Below, piece after piece: positions 27,280 to 38,258 of a stretch of DNA of 64,000 bases; position 1 is the first letter of the stretch, and each line of letters opens with the position of its first letter. Source of the stretch: an uncultured virus (IMG/VR IMGVR_UViG_3300025736_000009) (lineage: Duplodnaviria > Heunggongvirae > Uroviricota > Caudoviricetes); the IMG/VR virus record IMGVR_UViG_3300025736_000009; one strand, 5' to 3'. A program made the position numbers and the translations under genes. The notes beneath the pieces were generated by a model. That model was given only the letters and a program-made list of their open reading frames with translations, was not told the origin of the DNA and searched no databases.

Positions 27280-27702
27280 ATGGCTAATTTACTAGGAGTA
27301 ATGAAAGCTGCTGGGCTTGGGATGGGAGCAGCAGGTAGGGCCGGACTAGGAGCAGCACGATCAAATCTTGGACGTGGGCTATCACGAGGACGTATAGCAC
27401 GAGGAGCACTATGGTCAGGTGGAGGGGCTCTAGCAGGTGGGGCATATTCATCAACACGTGGTGAAGGCTTTGGATCAGGAGCAATAAAAGGTGGTATGCT
27501 TGGAGCAGGCGTAGGAGCAATAGGTGGAGCAGCTGGATTACGATCAATATATAACGCTGGAGCAATGAGATACTCAAGAGCAGGTGGATCAATTGGTGGA
27601 GGAAGAGCTTCTAGTTATGTTGGTAGAGGATTAAATAAATTAGCAGAGTATGAACAGAAAGCAGTTCGAATGGTTGCTGGACAAAGTAGACGAATCTACT
27701 AA
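27280..27702 (+). CDS. Gly/Ala/Arg-rich glycine-zipper protein
   Basis: GAIKGGMLGAGVGAIGGAAG. Confidence 0.7.
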   Translation: MANLLGVMKAAGLGMGAAGRAGLGAARSNLGRGLSRGRIARGALWSGGGALAGGAYSSTRGEGFGSGAIKGGMLGAGVGAIGGAAGLRSIYNAGAMRYSRAGGSIGGGRASSYVGRGLNKLAEYEQKAVRMVAGQSRRIY

Positions 27703-27727
27703 TAGAAAGATAATGACTACATATTAG

Positions 27728-28198
27728 ATGGCTATTGGATCATCAATGCTACGAGCACTAGGCTCAGTAGTAAAAACTGGATTTAAAACAGGAACAGGAA
27801 CAGCTCGTGCTGCTGGAGCAGCGGCTCCTACGGTTGTTAAAGGCGCAGCTCAACTTACAGATGATGTTGCTCGACTAGCAATAGGAACAACTAAAGTAGG
27901 ATATCGAGCAGCTATGTTTAGTCCCTTTACAGCAAGTAGACGAGTTCCTATTTTTGCTCCTGAGTTAATGGGAACAAAACGAAGTGCTCCATTTCAATTT
28001 TCAGCAGCACTACAAAATAGGCTAGTAGCTGGATCAATTGGGGTCGGAGTTCTTGGCGGAGCATACTCAACAACACGCGGAGAATATAAAAACTTTAGCG
28101 CAGAGATGTCACCATCTGGTAGACTTGAAATAACGCGACCAGATATGCTTGGAGCAACTGGAGATATACCTCTAGCACTACACAATAATAGAAGATAG
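27728..28198 (+). CDS. Gly/Ala-rich basic protein
   Basis: Shares GGAYSxTRGE with 27280 ORF. Confidence 0.7.
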   Translation: MAIGSSMLRALGSVVKTGFKTGTGTARAAGAAAPTVVKGAAQLTDDVARLAIGTTKVGYRAAMFSPFTASRRVPIFAPELMGTKRSAPFQFSAALQNRLVAGSIGVGVLGGAYSTTRGEYKNFSAEMSPSGRLEITRPDMLGATGDIPLALHNNRR

Positions 28199-28214
28199 TA
28201 GTGGTAAATAAACT

Positions 28215-28637
28215 ATGAAATTTGGTAGAGTAACAAGTAAAATACCGGCTGCTGGAATGCATATTGCAGGAACATCTCTTGGATTTGGTTTATCCTATTT
28301 AGATATGAAGAATAGGATAGCAAACGGAGAAAATCCAATAGCCGCAGCAGGACGAGCAGCAGCAGAAGGAACGCTATATGCTGCTATGGGATTTCTACCT
28401 GCTACGCTTGTACTTCAAGGCCCCGCAATGGGAAGAGCGTTAGCAACAGCATCACATACACATTATAAGAATTATCAGTCCCTACAACGTAAACTAAAGG
28501 AACCTTTCTCACATTCATTCGCACACACAGACGCAACAATGCAATCACAACAACAAGGAATGCAATCTCTTGGAGTTGCACGTGGATTCATTGGCTCGGA
28601 AGCTGGGCTATTTGCTCAGAGATATGGTAGAAGGTAG
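28215..28637 (+). CDS. Ala/Gly-rich hypothetical protein
   Basis: ORF in operon upstream of terminase. Confidence 0.7.
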   Translation: MKFGRVTSKIPAAGMHIAGTSLGFGLSYLDMKNRIANGENPIAAAGRAAAEGTLYAAMGFLPATLVLQGPAMGRALATASHTHYKNYQSLQRKLKEPFSHSFAHTDATMQSQQQGMQSLGVARGFIGSEAGLFAQRYGRR

Positions 28638-28647
28638 TTATTACCAA

Positions 28648-28767
28648 ATGTCTTTTCCTATAAAAGAGCCATGTAAAATATGTGGAAATTTACTGTGGAC
28701 TGACGATTACGATGATACCTGTTGGATGTGCAGATACCGTCTTAAAAAAAAAGAACACATGTACTAA
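28648..28767 (+). CDS. 39-aa Zn-finger ORF
   Basis: CKICG...CWMCR. Confidence 0.5.
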   Translation: MSFPIKEPCKICGNLLWTDDYDDTCWMCRYRLKKKEHMY

Positions 28768-28971
28768 AGAAGACTGTAAAACATGCAGCATAGCTAAAGT
28801 AAACACAACAAACAACAACAACTAACTACTCTCAACTCACGACACAACACACACACAACTACCCCAAAATAGTGTAGTGGTTAACATATAATTCCTCATC
28901 TTAGCCACTACACAACCTTCTTTAGCAACAGCAATACTACCCTCTATTAATAATAACACATATATACTCTT

Positions 28972-31770
28972 ATGCCTACATCATCTACTAATGACCTTAA
29001 TTTAACAAAAGCCCAAGAATCTAAAATTATAAAGATAATATCGGATCCAATCCTTTGGGCAGAAGCAATCTTAAAAAATCCAGATGACTTTGAACATTCC
29101 CCACTTGTACTAAATGACGTTGAGAAACAGATTCTTTCAAGTAAAAGTAGAAAGAATGTAATACGAGTACACAGACGATCAGGTAAATGTGTAGCACAAA
29201 ACGAACGTATTCCACTATCAACTGGTGAAAGAGTAAAAGCCAAAGATTTAATTGGAAAACAATTTTCATTATTGACTATTACAGATAGTGGTATCATAGC
29301 AGTTCCTGCACTCGCTGAATATAATGAAGTTGAGCCAGTATATGAACTAACAACTGAGAGTGGAAGAAAGATTATACGAAACGCAGATCACCCGCTTTTT
29401 TGTGCAACAAAACAATCAACTCGCGGTCGTCCAATAATTAAGTCTTTAGGATGGACACCTTTAAAGGATATTTCTAACGACCAACTTGTTGCGATTACAG
29501 AGTACTTTAAGACTAGTAGTACTGTATGCACAAGCTCAGAAGATGAATTAAAGGTTCTTGCTTATTTACTTGGAGATGGTGGCTATACTGGAAAAAATAT
29601 AGTATTCACTCAGCAAAACAACAAACAACTTAAAGAGTTTCATAGCTGTATAGAAAACCTTGGTGGAAGATTAACAGCACTTAAGCACAAGGATCAAAAA
29701 TATGGTTGGGGAGTACGTGGCCCATTAGGAGTATGCAACGGACCTAAAGGTAAATCCAATCCTATAATAAATCTACTACGTAACCACAAAATGATGCATG
29801 TACACTCTAGAGATAAATGTGTACCAGAGTTTGTATTTACACTATCAAAACCACAAATAGCTTTGTTTTTAAATAGATTGTTTTCTACTGATGGTTGGGC
29901 ATATGTTAGGCCCGATGCTCAGCATGGTCATGGTTCAGATGAGATAGGTTTCTGTTCTGTATCAGAAAGATTGGTTCGTGATGTACAGGAGTTGTTACTA
30001 TATTGCGGTATTTGTTCAACTATTAGATATAGACAGAAAGTAAATGCTTGGGTATTAGAAATTCATAGGGCTTCAGACCGACTTAAGTTTTGCGAACATA
30101 TTGGTATCTATGGAAAAGAAGATAAACTCTCTTTACTAAAAATTAAGGCGGTTAAAATAGCAACAAGTAGGTCATCATCATGGAGACACGACAAGGCTCC
30201 AGAAACAACAAGGTGGGAAAAAGTAGTATCTATACGTTGTGTAGGAAAAGACCAAACAATCGCAATTGCAGTACCAAACCACAATACCTACCTTACTACA
30301 TTCTACGAGCATAATTCTTATTCACTTACAATACGGGCACTCTGGAGGGCACTAACTCATGAATCAAGTCAAGTATTAATTATATGTCCAGATCAGCCTA
30401 AAGTAGATACTCTTTTCGAATTAATAAATGAGTTTATACGAGTAAGTCCAGGATTAGAAGGATCAGTAGTTTCTAATCAAAAGAAACCATCAGTTATAAG
30501 ATTTTCTAATGGATCAATTATAAAAGGATTTACAACCGGAGCATCTTCTAATAGAGAAGCACGAACACTAAGAGGTCAATCAGCAGATGAAGTAATGGTT
30601 GACGAAGCTGCCTATCTTGGTAAAGGTGACTGGCCAGCAATTACTCCAATTATGTATGGAGATGCAACACGAAATGTTATTTGTTGGGTAGCATCTACTC
30701 CTACAGCAGAACGTGGCATGTACTATAAATGGTGCACAGATGATCAAACAGATTCTATTGATCCCTGGCGTCAAGTGTTTATGCCTGTAACAAAAAACCC
30801 AGACTATCCAGACGACAAGATTGCTATAATAAAAGCAGAAGAAACTGAAGCAACTTGGTATCAGGAATGGATGGCTGAGTTTCCAGATATCGGAGAAGGA
30901 GTTTTCAAAAACTCTTATGTAGATAGAGCCCAAAAAGATTATTACTATCACTCTCTTACAAATATAAGCCTACCAGGACAACATCCTTCTAAGAATGCTA
31001 CACGAACAATGGGTGTAGACTGGGATAAGTATAGTGCTGGACCAAACATAGTAATAGTTGAAATGGATATGGAGTCCAAACGATATAAGATAGTATACGC
31101 AGAAGAAATACCTCCACATGAGTATGTATTACAAGAAGCTGTAGATAGAGTTATAGCTCTTGATGATTTATTTGACTGTAACCATATCTATGTTGATAGA
31201 GGATATGGAGAAATGCAAGTCGAGTATCTACATAAATATGGATTGGAACACCCGTATACAAATCTACATACTAAAGTAGAAGGCTATACCTTTAGTGATT
31301 ACATAGAAACAATAGATCCAGTAGTTGGAAAAGTAAGAAAACCAATTAAACCACTTATGGTAAACATCTTAGTTAAGTGGATGGAAGATAATAAGTTTAT
31401 ATATTCAAAATATCACAAAACACTGACTAAACAATTTAATGATTTCAAAGTAATTGGTGTATCAAACTCTACAATAAAATATACAGGCGAAAACGATCAC
31501 ATAATAGCAGCATTGCTACTAGCTAGCTTTGCAATGCATAAAAACTTTGATGATCCCTTTAAGCTAAACGCAGCAACAGATAGTTATGTGTTACCAATGC
31601 CAAAGTATATTAATGCTGAAGATGCTAAAAAGAATAAAGAAGATATTAGAAGAGAATCATATGTATTTTCTGTAGAAAGAGATGAAACTCCAGGTTACTC
31701 CCGTAACTTTACACGAAAAGGATTACCTCCAGTTGATACAGATTTTTCATTCCAACGAAAGAGTTTTTAG
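28972..31770 (+). CDS. terL: Terminase large subunit (intein-containing)
   Basis: Walker A RRSGK|S split by intein, Walker B VMVDEAA, ASTP coupling motif, nuclease GVDWD. Confidence 0.95.
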   Translation: MPTSSTNDLNLTKAQESKIIKIISDPILWAEAILKNPDDFEHSPLVLNDVEKQILSSKSRKNVIRVHRRSGKCVAQNERIPLSTGERVKAKDLIGKQFSLLTITDSGIIAVPALAEYNEVEPVYELTTESGRKIIRNADHPLFCATKQSTRGRPIIKSLGWTPLKDISNDQLVAITEYFKTSSTVCTSSEDELKVLAYLLGDGGYTGKNIVFTQQNNKQLKEFHSCIENLGGRLTALKHKDQKYGWGVRGPLGVCNGPKGKSNPIINLLRNHKMMHVHSRDKCVPEFVFTLSKPQIALFLNRLFSTDGWAYVRPDAQHGHGSDEIGFCSVSERLVRDVQELLLYCGICSTIRYRQKVNAWVLEIHRASDRLKFCEHIGIYGKEDKLSLLKIKAVKIATSRSSSWRHDKAPETTRWEKVVSIRCVGKDQTIAIAVPNHNTYLTTFYEHNSYSLTIRALWRALTHESSQVLIICPDQPKVDTLFELINEFIRVSPGLEGSVVSNQKKPSVIRFSNGSIIKGFTTGASSNREARTLRGQSADEVMVDEAAYLGKGDWPAITPIMYGDATRNVICWVASTPTAERGMYYKWCTDDQTDSIDPWRQVFMPVTKNPDYPDDKIAIIKAEETEATWYQEWMAEFPDIGEGVFKNSYVDRAQKDYYYHSLTNISLPGQHPSKNATRTMGVDWDKYSAGPNIVIVEMDMESKRYKIVYAEEIPPHEYVLQEAVDRVIALDDLFDCNHIYVDRGYGEMQVEYLHKYGLEHPYTNLHTKVEGYTFSDYIETIDPVVGKVRKPIKPLMVNILVKWMEDNKFIYSKYHKTLTKQFNDFKVIGVSNSTIKYTGENDHIIAALLLASFAMHKNFDDPFKLNAATDSYVLPMPKYINAEDAKKNKEDIRRESYVFSVERDETPGYSRNFTRKGLPPVDTDFSFQRKSF
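29188..30315 (+). mobile_element. Intein with LAGLIDADG homing endonuclease in TerL (376 aa)
   Basis: N-terminal CVAQNE, block B NADHP, LAYLLGDG and LFSTDG, C-terminal HN followed by Ser. Confidence 0.95.
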
Positions 31771-31781
31771 GTAAGAGACAT

Positions 31782-32081
31782 ATGACAATATATAAAACAC
31801 ATGAAGACGCAGCTAAAGCCCATAATGATAGGTTTATAGCGCTGCTCGTGCAAGCAGAAACTTTAAACACAAAAATACAAACCATAAATGATAAAATAAG
31901 CACAACGGATACATGGGATGATACTGTATATGAGCAGTGGCGTCAGATACAGATATTAGAAATAGAAGCTTGGGAAACATATACCGAAGCCCAACTTCAT
32001 CTATTAGCAGCAGACAAGCATACTCAAAAAGCAAAAGTAAACGCTAGCGGACAAAGTGCTAAAGTAATAGACCTCTATTAA
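31782..32081 (+). CDS. Hypothetical protein
   Basis: Helical 99-aa ORF after terL. Confidence 0.65.
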   Translation: MTIYKTHEDAAKAHNDRFIALLVQAETLNTKIQTINDKISTTDTWDDTVYEQWRQIQILEIEAWETYTEAQLHLLAADKHTQKAKVNASGQSAKVIDLY

Positions 32082-32085
32082 GCTT

Positions 32086-32136
32086 TCGTGGGCTGGAGGA
32101 AGTGAGTCGTCCTCCCACACTTTCTTTAGCCTACGA
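32086..32136 (+). terminator. Long intergenic hairpin
   Basis: TCGTGGGCTGGAGGAAGTG / CACTTTCTTTAGCCTACGA with G-U pairs on plus strand. Confidence 0.55.
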
Positions 32137-32166
32137 TTATTATATACATAAACTATGATTGGATAA

Positions 32167-33588
32167 TTGTGTATCTTGGACTTTAAAGATCTTACTAAAA
32201 AACCTGTAATAGAATATATACCAGAGTTTGTAGAAACACCAGAACCAGATTTAACACCTATTGCAGAAGTTAATATTGGAGATCAAACAGAAGTTTCTAT
32301 TCAACAATTAGAGGACATTAGATATAAACTAGAATATGAACTTTCTAAAGTAGCAGAACTACAAGATACTCTTCTATCTACGTTATCTGATGATGCACCA
32401 ATTCCTATTCCTGACGAATTACAAGACTCAATAGGTAAACAAACAACAACAGTTTCTGAATATATGGCTGGCCTTGGAAGTCAAGAATATGGAGCAATTG
32501 CTTTAGCAGAAGTTGTTGAAGATCACTACTTAAGTAATGATCAAAGACCTGAATTTTTGTATGCTTCTATATTAGAAGATATGAAGTATACACTACAATC
32601 CTCACTTCATTCTCTATCCTCAGAATTGTTTTCAGATTTTTATAAAGAAAATTATTCTGGAATTGTTTCAAGTAATAGTAACCATCCATCATATGCTTTA
32701 TTTAACATTCTAAACGAAGATGCTAGCGCTTCACAAAAAATAAGAGTTGAGATACTAAAAGCAATACACACATATGGGTATAGAATAAAACAGTGTGTGG
32801 TTAAACAACTTCTTGTTGGAGGTCCTGGTAACTTTGATAAGCGACAAAAAGTATTAAATCTTTTAAACGCATTACGCGCAATGAGAAGTATGTTAAAATT
32901 TTATACTGCCATGTATGCCGCTGATTGGAAATCTATAGCCTCTTATCTTAGAACCAAACTAGCATATAGGCTATCCTCAAACATAGCAGCAAATGCATTC
33001 TTAACCTATAGAAAAGCAAAACAAGCTTTACTTGATCCAGTAAGAGATTTTTTATATGATTTAAACCCGCTTGAATATTGCCCTGCATGGGATTCTTTTA
33101 TTGATAGCATACTACGAGGCACACTAAATCTTAATCGCAAATATTCAGACGTAGTTGCAGATATCTATAGGTTTAAAAAAACTAATAACAAAGTACAACT
33201 TGATAGAGCAAATCGGGCTCCAAAAGCATTACTTGTTTCAAAGAAATGGCTTCCACTATTAGACGCAGTTATCATATCTATAGAGTCTGTAATAAACACA
33301 GGTGAAGTAGATAAAGACATGATACAAAAAATACTCAATGTAGCAAACACAAAAAAAGTAAATGATATAAATCATCCTGGGTTGGTTGGAGTATTTACTG
33401 AACAAGCAAAAGAATTAGGAATAGACTTTGCAATAGACCCAGACATTGAAGACCTTAATCCAGAACCTCTATCTAATTTAGATGATGCTGATATTGCGAG
33501 AAGAGTATTTGGATTAAAACGACTTTCAGAAAGCTTCGGGGAGGATCTAAATGAAAGTAGTAAACCTGTTATTGAGGATAGCTCTTAA
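32167..33588 (+). CDS. Hypothetical protein (helical)
   Basis: 473-aa ORF between terL and portal. Confidence 0.75.
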   Translation: MCILDFKDLTKKPVIEYIPEFVETPEPDLTPIAEVNIGDQTEVSIQQLEDIRYKLEYELSKVAELQDTLLSTLSDDAPIPIPDELQDSIGKQTTTVSEYMAGLGSQEYGAIALAEVVEDHYLSNDQRPEFLYASILEDMKYTLQSSLHSLSSELFSDFYKENYSGIVSSNSNHPSYALFNILNEDASASQKIRVEILKAIHTYGYRIKQCVVKQLLVGGPGNFDKRQKVLNLLNALRAMRSMLKFYTAMYAADWKSIASYLRTKLAYRLSSNIAANAFLTYRKAKQALLDPVRDFLYDLNPLEYCPAWDSFIDSILRGTLNLNRKYSDVVADIYRFKKTNNKVQLDRANRAPKALLVSKKWLPLLDAVIISIESVINTGEVDKDMIQKILNVANTKKVNDINHPGLVGVFTEQAKELGIDFAIDPDIEDLNPEPLSNLDDADIARRVFGLKRLSESFGEDLNESSKPVIEDSS

Positions 33589-33985
33589 ACCTTACTATCT
33601 TCTTAAACAAAGACAACATAAAGCATGGAAACAAGATAGACTTACAAGCGTAACAACTACACTAACATCCTCTGGTGCTCCTTTACAAGGCTATCCTTAC
33701 ATTAAACATGGAACATATAACTGGAATGGACTTAACTATCCAATAGATTTAGATTTAGTATTTCATGAAGTACCTATTGCAATCATAGTAACAGAGAAAT
33801 ATTATGGAACATATGCATATACAAACATACAAAGAGATACATGGGAAGCCTATATGAAAACCACATCACAAGCAATATATGCATGTGAGTTATCAAGATT
33901 TCCTTTACTACTAATTACCTCAGAAGATCCTATAGATGTCTATTCACTTTCTATTAGAATAGGCAAATTGATAGAGCAGAAATAA
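33551..33985 (+). CDS. Hypothetical protein, faint Vsr/DUF559-like pattern
   Basis: LDLVFHEVPIAIIV...ACELSRFPLLLITSED; catalytic residues not evident. Confidence 0.55.
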   Translation: MKVVNLLLRIALKPYYLLKQRQHKAWKQDRLTSVTTTLTSSGAPLQGYPYIKHGTYNWNGLNYPIDLDLVFHEVPIAIIVTEKYYGTYAYTNIQRDTWEAYMKTTSQAIYACELSRFPLLLITSEDPIDVYSLSIRIGKLIEQK

Positions 33986-33991
33986 CAATTT

Positions 33992-35728
33992 ATGGCAATA
34001 CTACACAGAGAAAAAATTGAATTACCGAGAACTGGCTTTGCCTATGTAGATAGAAACAATAAAGGTATACGTAAAGCTTCCTCTCTACCACGATCTGATG
34101 ATCCAACTGTACCTTTTGCTATAGGATCTGGATCCCGCGCAAATGCAATGTCTGTGCCAAAAGTAGAATACGATTTACAGGCACTATATAATGGCTACAT
34201 GGCAGACAGCTATATACACAGAGGTGTTAATGAGTTCTTTAATAAGATTCTAAAAGAAGGCTATAGGTTCGAATCAAAAAATAAAAAAGCAAAAGCATAC
34301 ATAGAACAACGTTTCGAAATAATGACAGTTGCCATGGGCGATGTTTGGCAACTACACTTCTGGGAATTTATACATGATTATATTAAATTTGGAAATGCAT
34401 TTCTTATAAAAAGTAGATGGATTAGCACTAGTCCTGTTCCAGGAATGAAACTAAAAAGCCTTCATGGAAAGAAACCAATAGGTGGATATTTTGTTGCAAG
34501 TCCACTAACTATGAGTCCACAAGTAGATGATAATGGAAGAGTAACAGGTTGGGAACAAAAAGTATCAACTAAACAATCAAAGATTTTTAAAGCAGAAGAC
34601 GTAATACATATAAAACATAATAGACAATCTGGACGTATATGGGGCGTATCAAAAATGCTTCCTGTGCTAGACGATGTAAGGGCATTAAGACACTGTGAAG
34701 AAATGATAGTACAACTTATCTTCAAATCTTTACACCCACTTATACATCATGAGGTTCCAGACACAACTAACACCGGAACAGGCAGACAAGAAGACGTTAC
34801 AGCAGCTGCCCAAGCACATGATATCTCTGCTGTGAATGGTTATATAGTAACACCTCCAGGACATAAACTAACTATACTTGGAGTAGAAAGCAAGGCACTG
34901 CGGGCAGAAGGATATTTAAAAGCCCTTAAGACCCGCGTATTTGCTGGACTTGGATTATCTGATGTTGTGATGGGAGAATCCGCTAAGACTTCTGTAGGAA
35001 CAAGTGACTCATTCTCTGGAGTAATGTTTGATCAGATACGACTGTATCAAAGAGAATTAGAGTTCTATATAAACTTCTTTATAATAAGAGAACTATTATT
35101 AGAAGGAGGATTTGATCCACTTACAGATCCAGATAGTAATGTTTGCTTATCATTTAGCGATGTAGACAGAGACAGATTTGTTAAGTTAGAAGAACATGCT
35201 CTTCTACAATATGCAGGAAATGCAATAACACTTAGTGAACTTAGAGAGATTCTTGGAAAAAATAAACTAACAGATGAAGAAGCTCAAGACCTTTATATAA
35301 ATAGAATACAGATACCACTGGCAACAACTAAATCCGCACAACAAGGAAGCTCAGATGATAATGATAGTGGACAAAAAGGACCAACAGCAGCTATGCCAGC
35401 AAAACCTACATTAAAAAACAAAACTGCTCCAAAGAATCAACATAATTCAAGAATACTGACAGCTTATAATAATTTAGCTTCTTGTATTGCTAATTACGTA
35501 AGGGAACAAAACTTAATTCAATGTAAACCGCAGCCACAATATATACATGATTTATGTAGTAGTGCTTTAAATGCCTCTTATATAACATCCAAAGATATAA
35601 TAGATACATTTAAACGCGCAACGTTAACTATAGTAAATGATTTAGATACTACTACTGACATGCCTATAGTTCAAGAACTATCAAAGATACATGGAGTGTT
35701 TGCGGGACTTAAGCACAATATCTTGTAA
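33992..35728 (+). CDS. Portal protein
   Basis: Position after terL; motifs KFGNAFLIK, EDVIHIKH...GVS...VLDDVRALR, ITLSELREILG. Confidence 0.85.
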   Translation: MAILHREKIELPRTGFAYVDRNNKGIRKASSLPRSDDPTVPFAIGSGSRANAMSVPKVEYDLQALYNGYMADSYIHRGVNEFFNKILKEGYRFESKNKKAKAYIEQRFEIMTVAMGDVWQLHFWEFIHDYIKFGNAFLIKSRWISTSPVPGMKLKSLHGKKPIGGYFVASPLTMSPQVDDNGRVTGWEQKVSTKQSKIFKAEDVIHIKHNRQSGRIWGVSKMLPVLDDVRALRHCEEMIVQLIFKSLHPLIHHEVPDTTNTGTGRQEDVTAAAQAHDISAVNGYIVTPPGHKLTILGVESKALRAEGYLKALKTRVFAGLGLSDVVMGESAKTSVGTSDSFSGVMFDQIRLYQRELEFYINFFIIRELLLEGGFDPLTDPDSNVCLSFSDVDRDRFVKLEEHALLQYAGNAITLSELREILGKNKLTDEEAQDLYINRIQIPLATTKSAQQGSSDDNDSGQKGPTAAMPAKPTLKNKTAPKNQHNSRILTAYNNLASCIANYVREQNLIQCKPQPQYIHDLCSSALNASYITSKDIIDTFKRATLTIVNDLDTTTDMPIVQELSKIHGVFAGLKHNIL

Positions 35729-35743
35729 GGAACATACTCTATA

Positions 35744-35998
35744 ATGGTAGATAAAGACGACAACAGCAAAGTATATCCTAATGACCATGACTTACTAATA
35801 CGTGTTGATACTAAGGTAGACCTGTTGTTAGTAACCCAAATTGAAAAAGCAGACAAAATAGAAGTAAACAATTTAAAAATTTCTCAGGATAAACTAGAAA
35901 CACGAGTAAATACATTATGGTATTGGATACTTGGATCACTTGGTACAGCAACCCTATCGCTAGGTGTTCTAGTTATTACAAAAGTAGCAGTACATTAA
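35744..35998 (+). CDS. Small coiled-coil plus TM protein (XhlA/holin-like)
   Basis: LLIRVDTKVD...LETRVNTLWYWILG plus C-terminal TM. Confidence 0.55.
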   Translation: MVDKDDNSKVYPNDHDLLIRVDTKVDLLLVTQIEKADKIEVNNLKISQDKLETRVNTLWYWILGSLGTATLSLGVLVITKVAVH

Positions 35999-36014
35999 AG
36001 GCTATAATAAACAT

Positions 36015-36872
36015 ATGAAACGGATAGTAGAACACGTTCAATACACATTACCTAGTGTTAAGCTAACACAAGCAATAGAGTCTGTAATAGAAGAAGGCTT
36101 ACCAGAAGTACTCTTTACAGAAATACGAGCAATAACTGCTAACTGGCTTACACGTAATAAAACCTATTACCCATCAGAAAGTCTTATTGGCGTACCAAAT
36201 AATGGTACCGGAGCAATATCATTTATATATCCATATCCGGTACCACTATTAAGAGATCACATATCTTCACCAGATGTATATGGTTCCATACCAGCAATGC
36301 TTCCTTATGGACGAATTTATAATGCAAGTTTTCAAAATGATCCAAGATCTGATGGTGGATGGTTAAAAACAATAGCAGCCATTACAGATCCCTATGCTAT
36401 TGAATCAGTACTTACTGGTAGATTCTTGACGGTAAGTATAGGAGCAGACGTAGAAGAAGTACGTTGTAGCATATGTAATACTAATCTAGCAGAAGAAGGA
36501 CTATGCGAACATAATAAAGGAGAAGTATACAATGACATGGTATGCTACTGGATTATGGGACCAATTAAAGGACGTGAACTTAGTTTTGTAAATGTACCAA
36601 GTGATGTTAATGCTTGTGTTACAAATACATCTATAGATGCTGGAGAAGCAAGATTATTATTAACCAACTCAGGAGCTGACTCTTTATTTGATTTGGCAAC
36701 TGGTACCAATGTATCAAGAGAACATACACTCGGAATTTCTAAACAAAATTACAGCAAGATATTAGAATCTGCTAAAGAGTTCCGAGCAATCTACAAAGAA
36801 AAAGATATTCCCAGCAATGGGTTTAAACAAATCTTTATAGATACTAAACAACGCTCGAAAATAGCGGCATAA
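36015..36872 (+). CDS. Prohead protease-like protein
   Basis: TRNKTYY, LLRDH, TVSIG, CSIC...CEH, ELSFVNVPSD; position after portal. Confidence 0.8.
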   Translation: MKRIVEHVQYTLPSVKLTQAIESVIEEGLPEVLFTEIRAITANWLTRNKTYYPSESLIGVPNNGTGAISFIYPYPVPLLRDHISSPDVYGSIPAMLPYGRIYNASFQNDPRSDGGWLKTIAAITDPYAIESVLTGRFLTVSIGADVEEVRCSICNTNLAEEGLCEHNKGEVYNDMVCYWIMGPIKGRELSFVNVPSDVNACVTNTSIDAGEARLLLTNSGADSLFDLATGTNVSREHTLGISKQNYSKILESAKEFRAIYKEKDIPSNGFKQIFIDTKQRSKIAA

Positions 36873-36890
36873 CGCGAAAGGACCTTTAGT

Positions 36891-38225
36891 ATGAGTAAAA
36901 CTACTAGAACCTTCTATGCGGCACGCTTAGTAGATAACGACTATAAAATGCACATATTTTGTAATAAAATAGATGCTGAAAATAGAGAGTCTATTATAGA
37001 AGCTGTAAAGGAAATAAAGAAGGGCAGTCATACTCCAGAGCAGATTACCGGTATTCTGGGTGTAGTTCTAGCCAATACAAAAGAGCTGCTCACTGAAGAA
37101 GATCAGAATACTATATTTCAGGGAGTAAAGCCCTCTGAATCCTTAGAAGCATATGACATAGAAGTAGACAAGGATACCTACCCACTACTCTATAATGTAC
37201 TAACAGAATGTACAACTACAGATAACAATACTATACCTTCTAAACAAGAGGAAGCTAATGAAGCTATTGTAGGTGGGTTAGTAGAAGAACTAGAAAGACT
37301 ACAAATTTATGATGAATCTGTAGTTCCTTTCCAAAATCTGCCTTTTACAGAAGAGGATACAGATTGGGATGGAAGTGCTTCGAAGCAAGCGCTTAAATCC
37401 TGGGCTAGTAACTCAGAAGAAGAAGTAGATTGGAAAAAATATAGAAAAGGCTTTCTTTGGTATGACTCTGAAGACTCAGACAAAGCAAGCGCTCATAAAT
37501 TCCCAATCGCTACAATTATAGATGGGCGATTAACGGCTGTGCCAAAAGGTATATACGCAGCAGCTAGTGCGATTAACAAAGCCAAAATATCTGATGAAGA
37601 TAAAAGCGGAATACGATCACACATAACTAAGTACTACAAAAAGTTAGATAAGGAAACACCTTGGAACAAAGAATCCAAAGAGGATCCAGAAGTACTAGTA
37701 GGTAAAGTTGAAGAACTTCAAACTGAATTAGAGCAGTTAAAAGAAAACTCTAAACCAGAAGAAGAACTAAAGGCTAAAATAGCTTCTTTAGAAACTATAG
37801 TTTCCAAGCTTAGTGCTGAATCTCACACTATGCTTGCAAGAGAAGCATCACACCTAGCTCAAAAATCTAGCTATCCAGCTGCAAAAGGTAAATCTTTTGA
37901 TGAACTTTGTGAAGCGTTTGCGGCACGCACAGAAGAATCTCTAAATGACCTTATAGGTGACTTGCTTAAGTCAGATACTAACACTGAAGAGCAGGTAATT
38001 ACTGTTGAGGACGTAACTGATCCTACAGTTGGAAACGATGATGGTGTTATTCCAATTGTACCAGAACTAAATGAAGATGGAACACCTGTTACAACAAACG
38101 TCCAGCAAACTACGATTAGCAACCTCACAGACGAAAATGAAGACACATTCCTGGTCTTCAATGTTACTAACGAAAATCAGAAAGAACTTCAAGCACGCAT
38201 AGCAAAAATTACTAGCGTAGACTAA
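36891..38225 (+). CDS. Putative scaffolding/head assembly protein
   Basis: Acidic, coiled-coil; WDG...YRKGFLWYD...KFPIA...AVPKGIYAAA domain; between protease and capsid. Confidence 0.6.
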   Translation: MSKTTRTFYAARLVDNDYKMHIFCNKIDAENRESIIEAVKEIKKGSHTPEQITGILGVVLANTKELLTEEDQNTIFQGVKPSESLEAYDIEVDKDTYPLLYNVLTECTTTDNNTIPSKQEEANEAIVGGLVEELERLQIYDESVVPFQNLPFTEEDTDWDGSASKQALKSWASNSEEEVDWKKYRKGFLWYDSEDSDKASAHKFPIATIIDGRLTAVPKGIYAAASAINKAKISDEDKSGIRSHITKYYKKLDKETPWNKESKEDPEVLVGKVEELQTELEQLKENSKPEEELKAKIASLETIVSKLSAESHTMLAREASHLAQKSSYPAAKGKSFDELCEAFAARTEESLNDLIGDLLKSDTNTEEQVITVEDVTDPTVGNDDGVIPIVPELNEDGTPVTTNVQQTTISNLTDENEDTFLVFNVTNENQKELQARIAKITSVD

Positions 38226-38258
38226 AGTTTTAAAAACGTTAAGGAGAATTAACAAATA

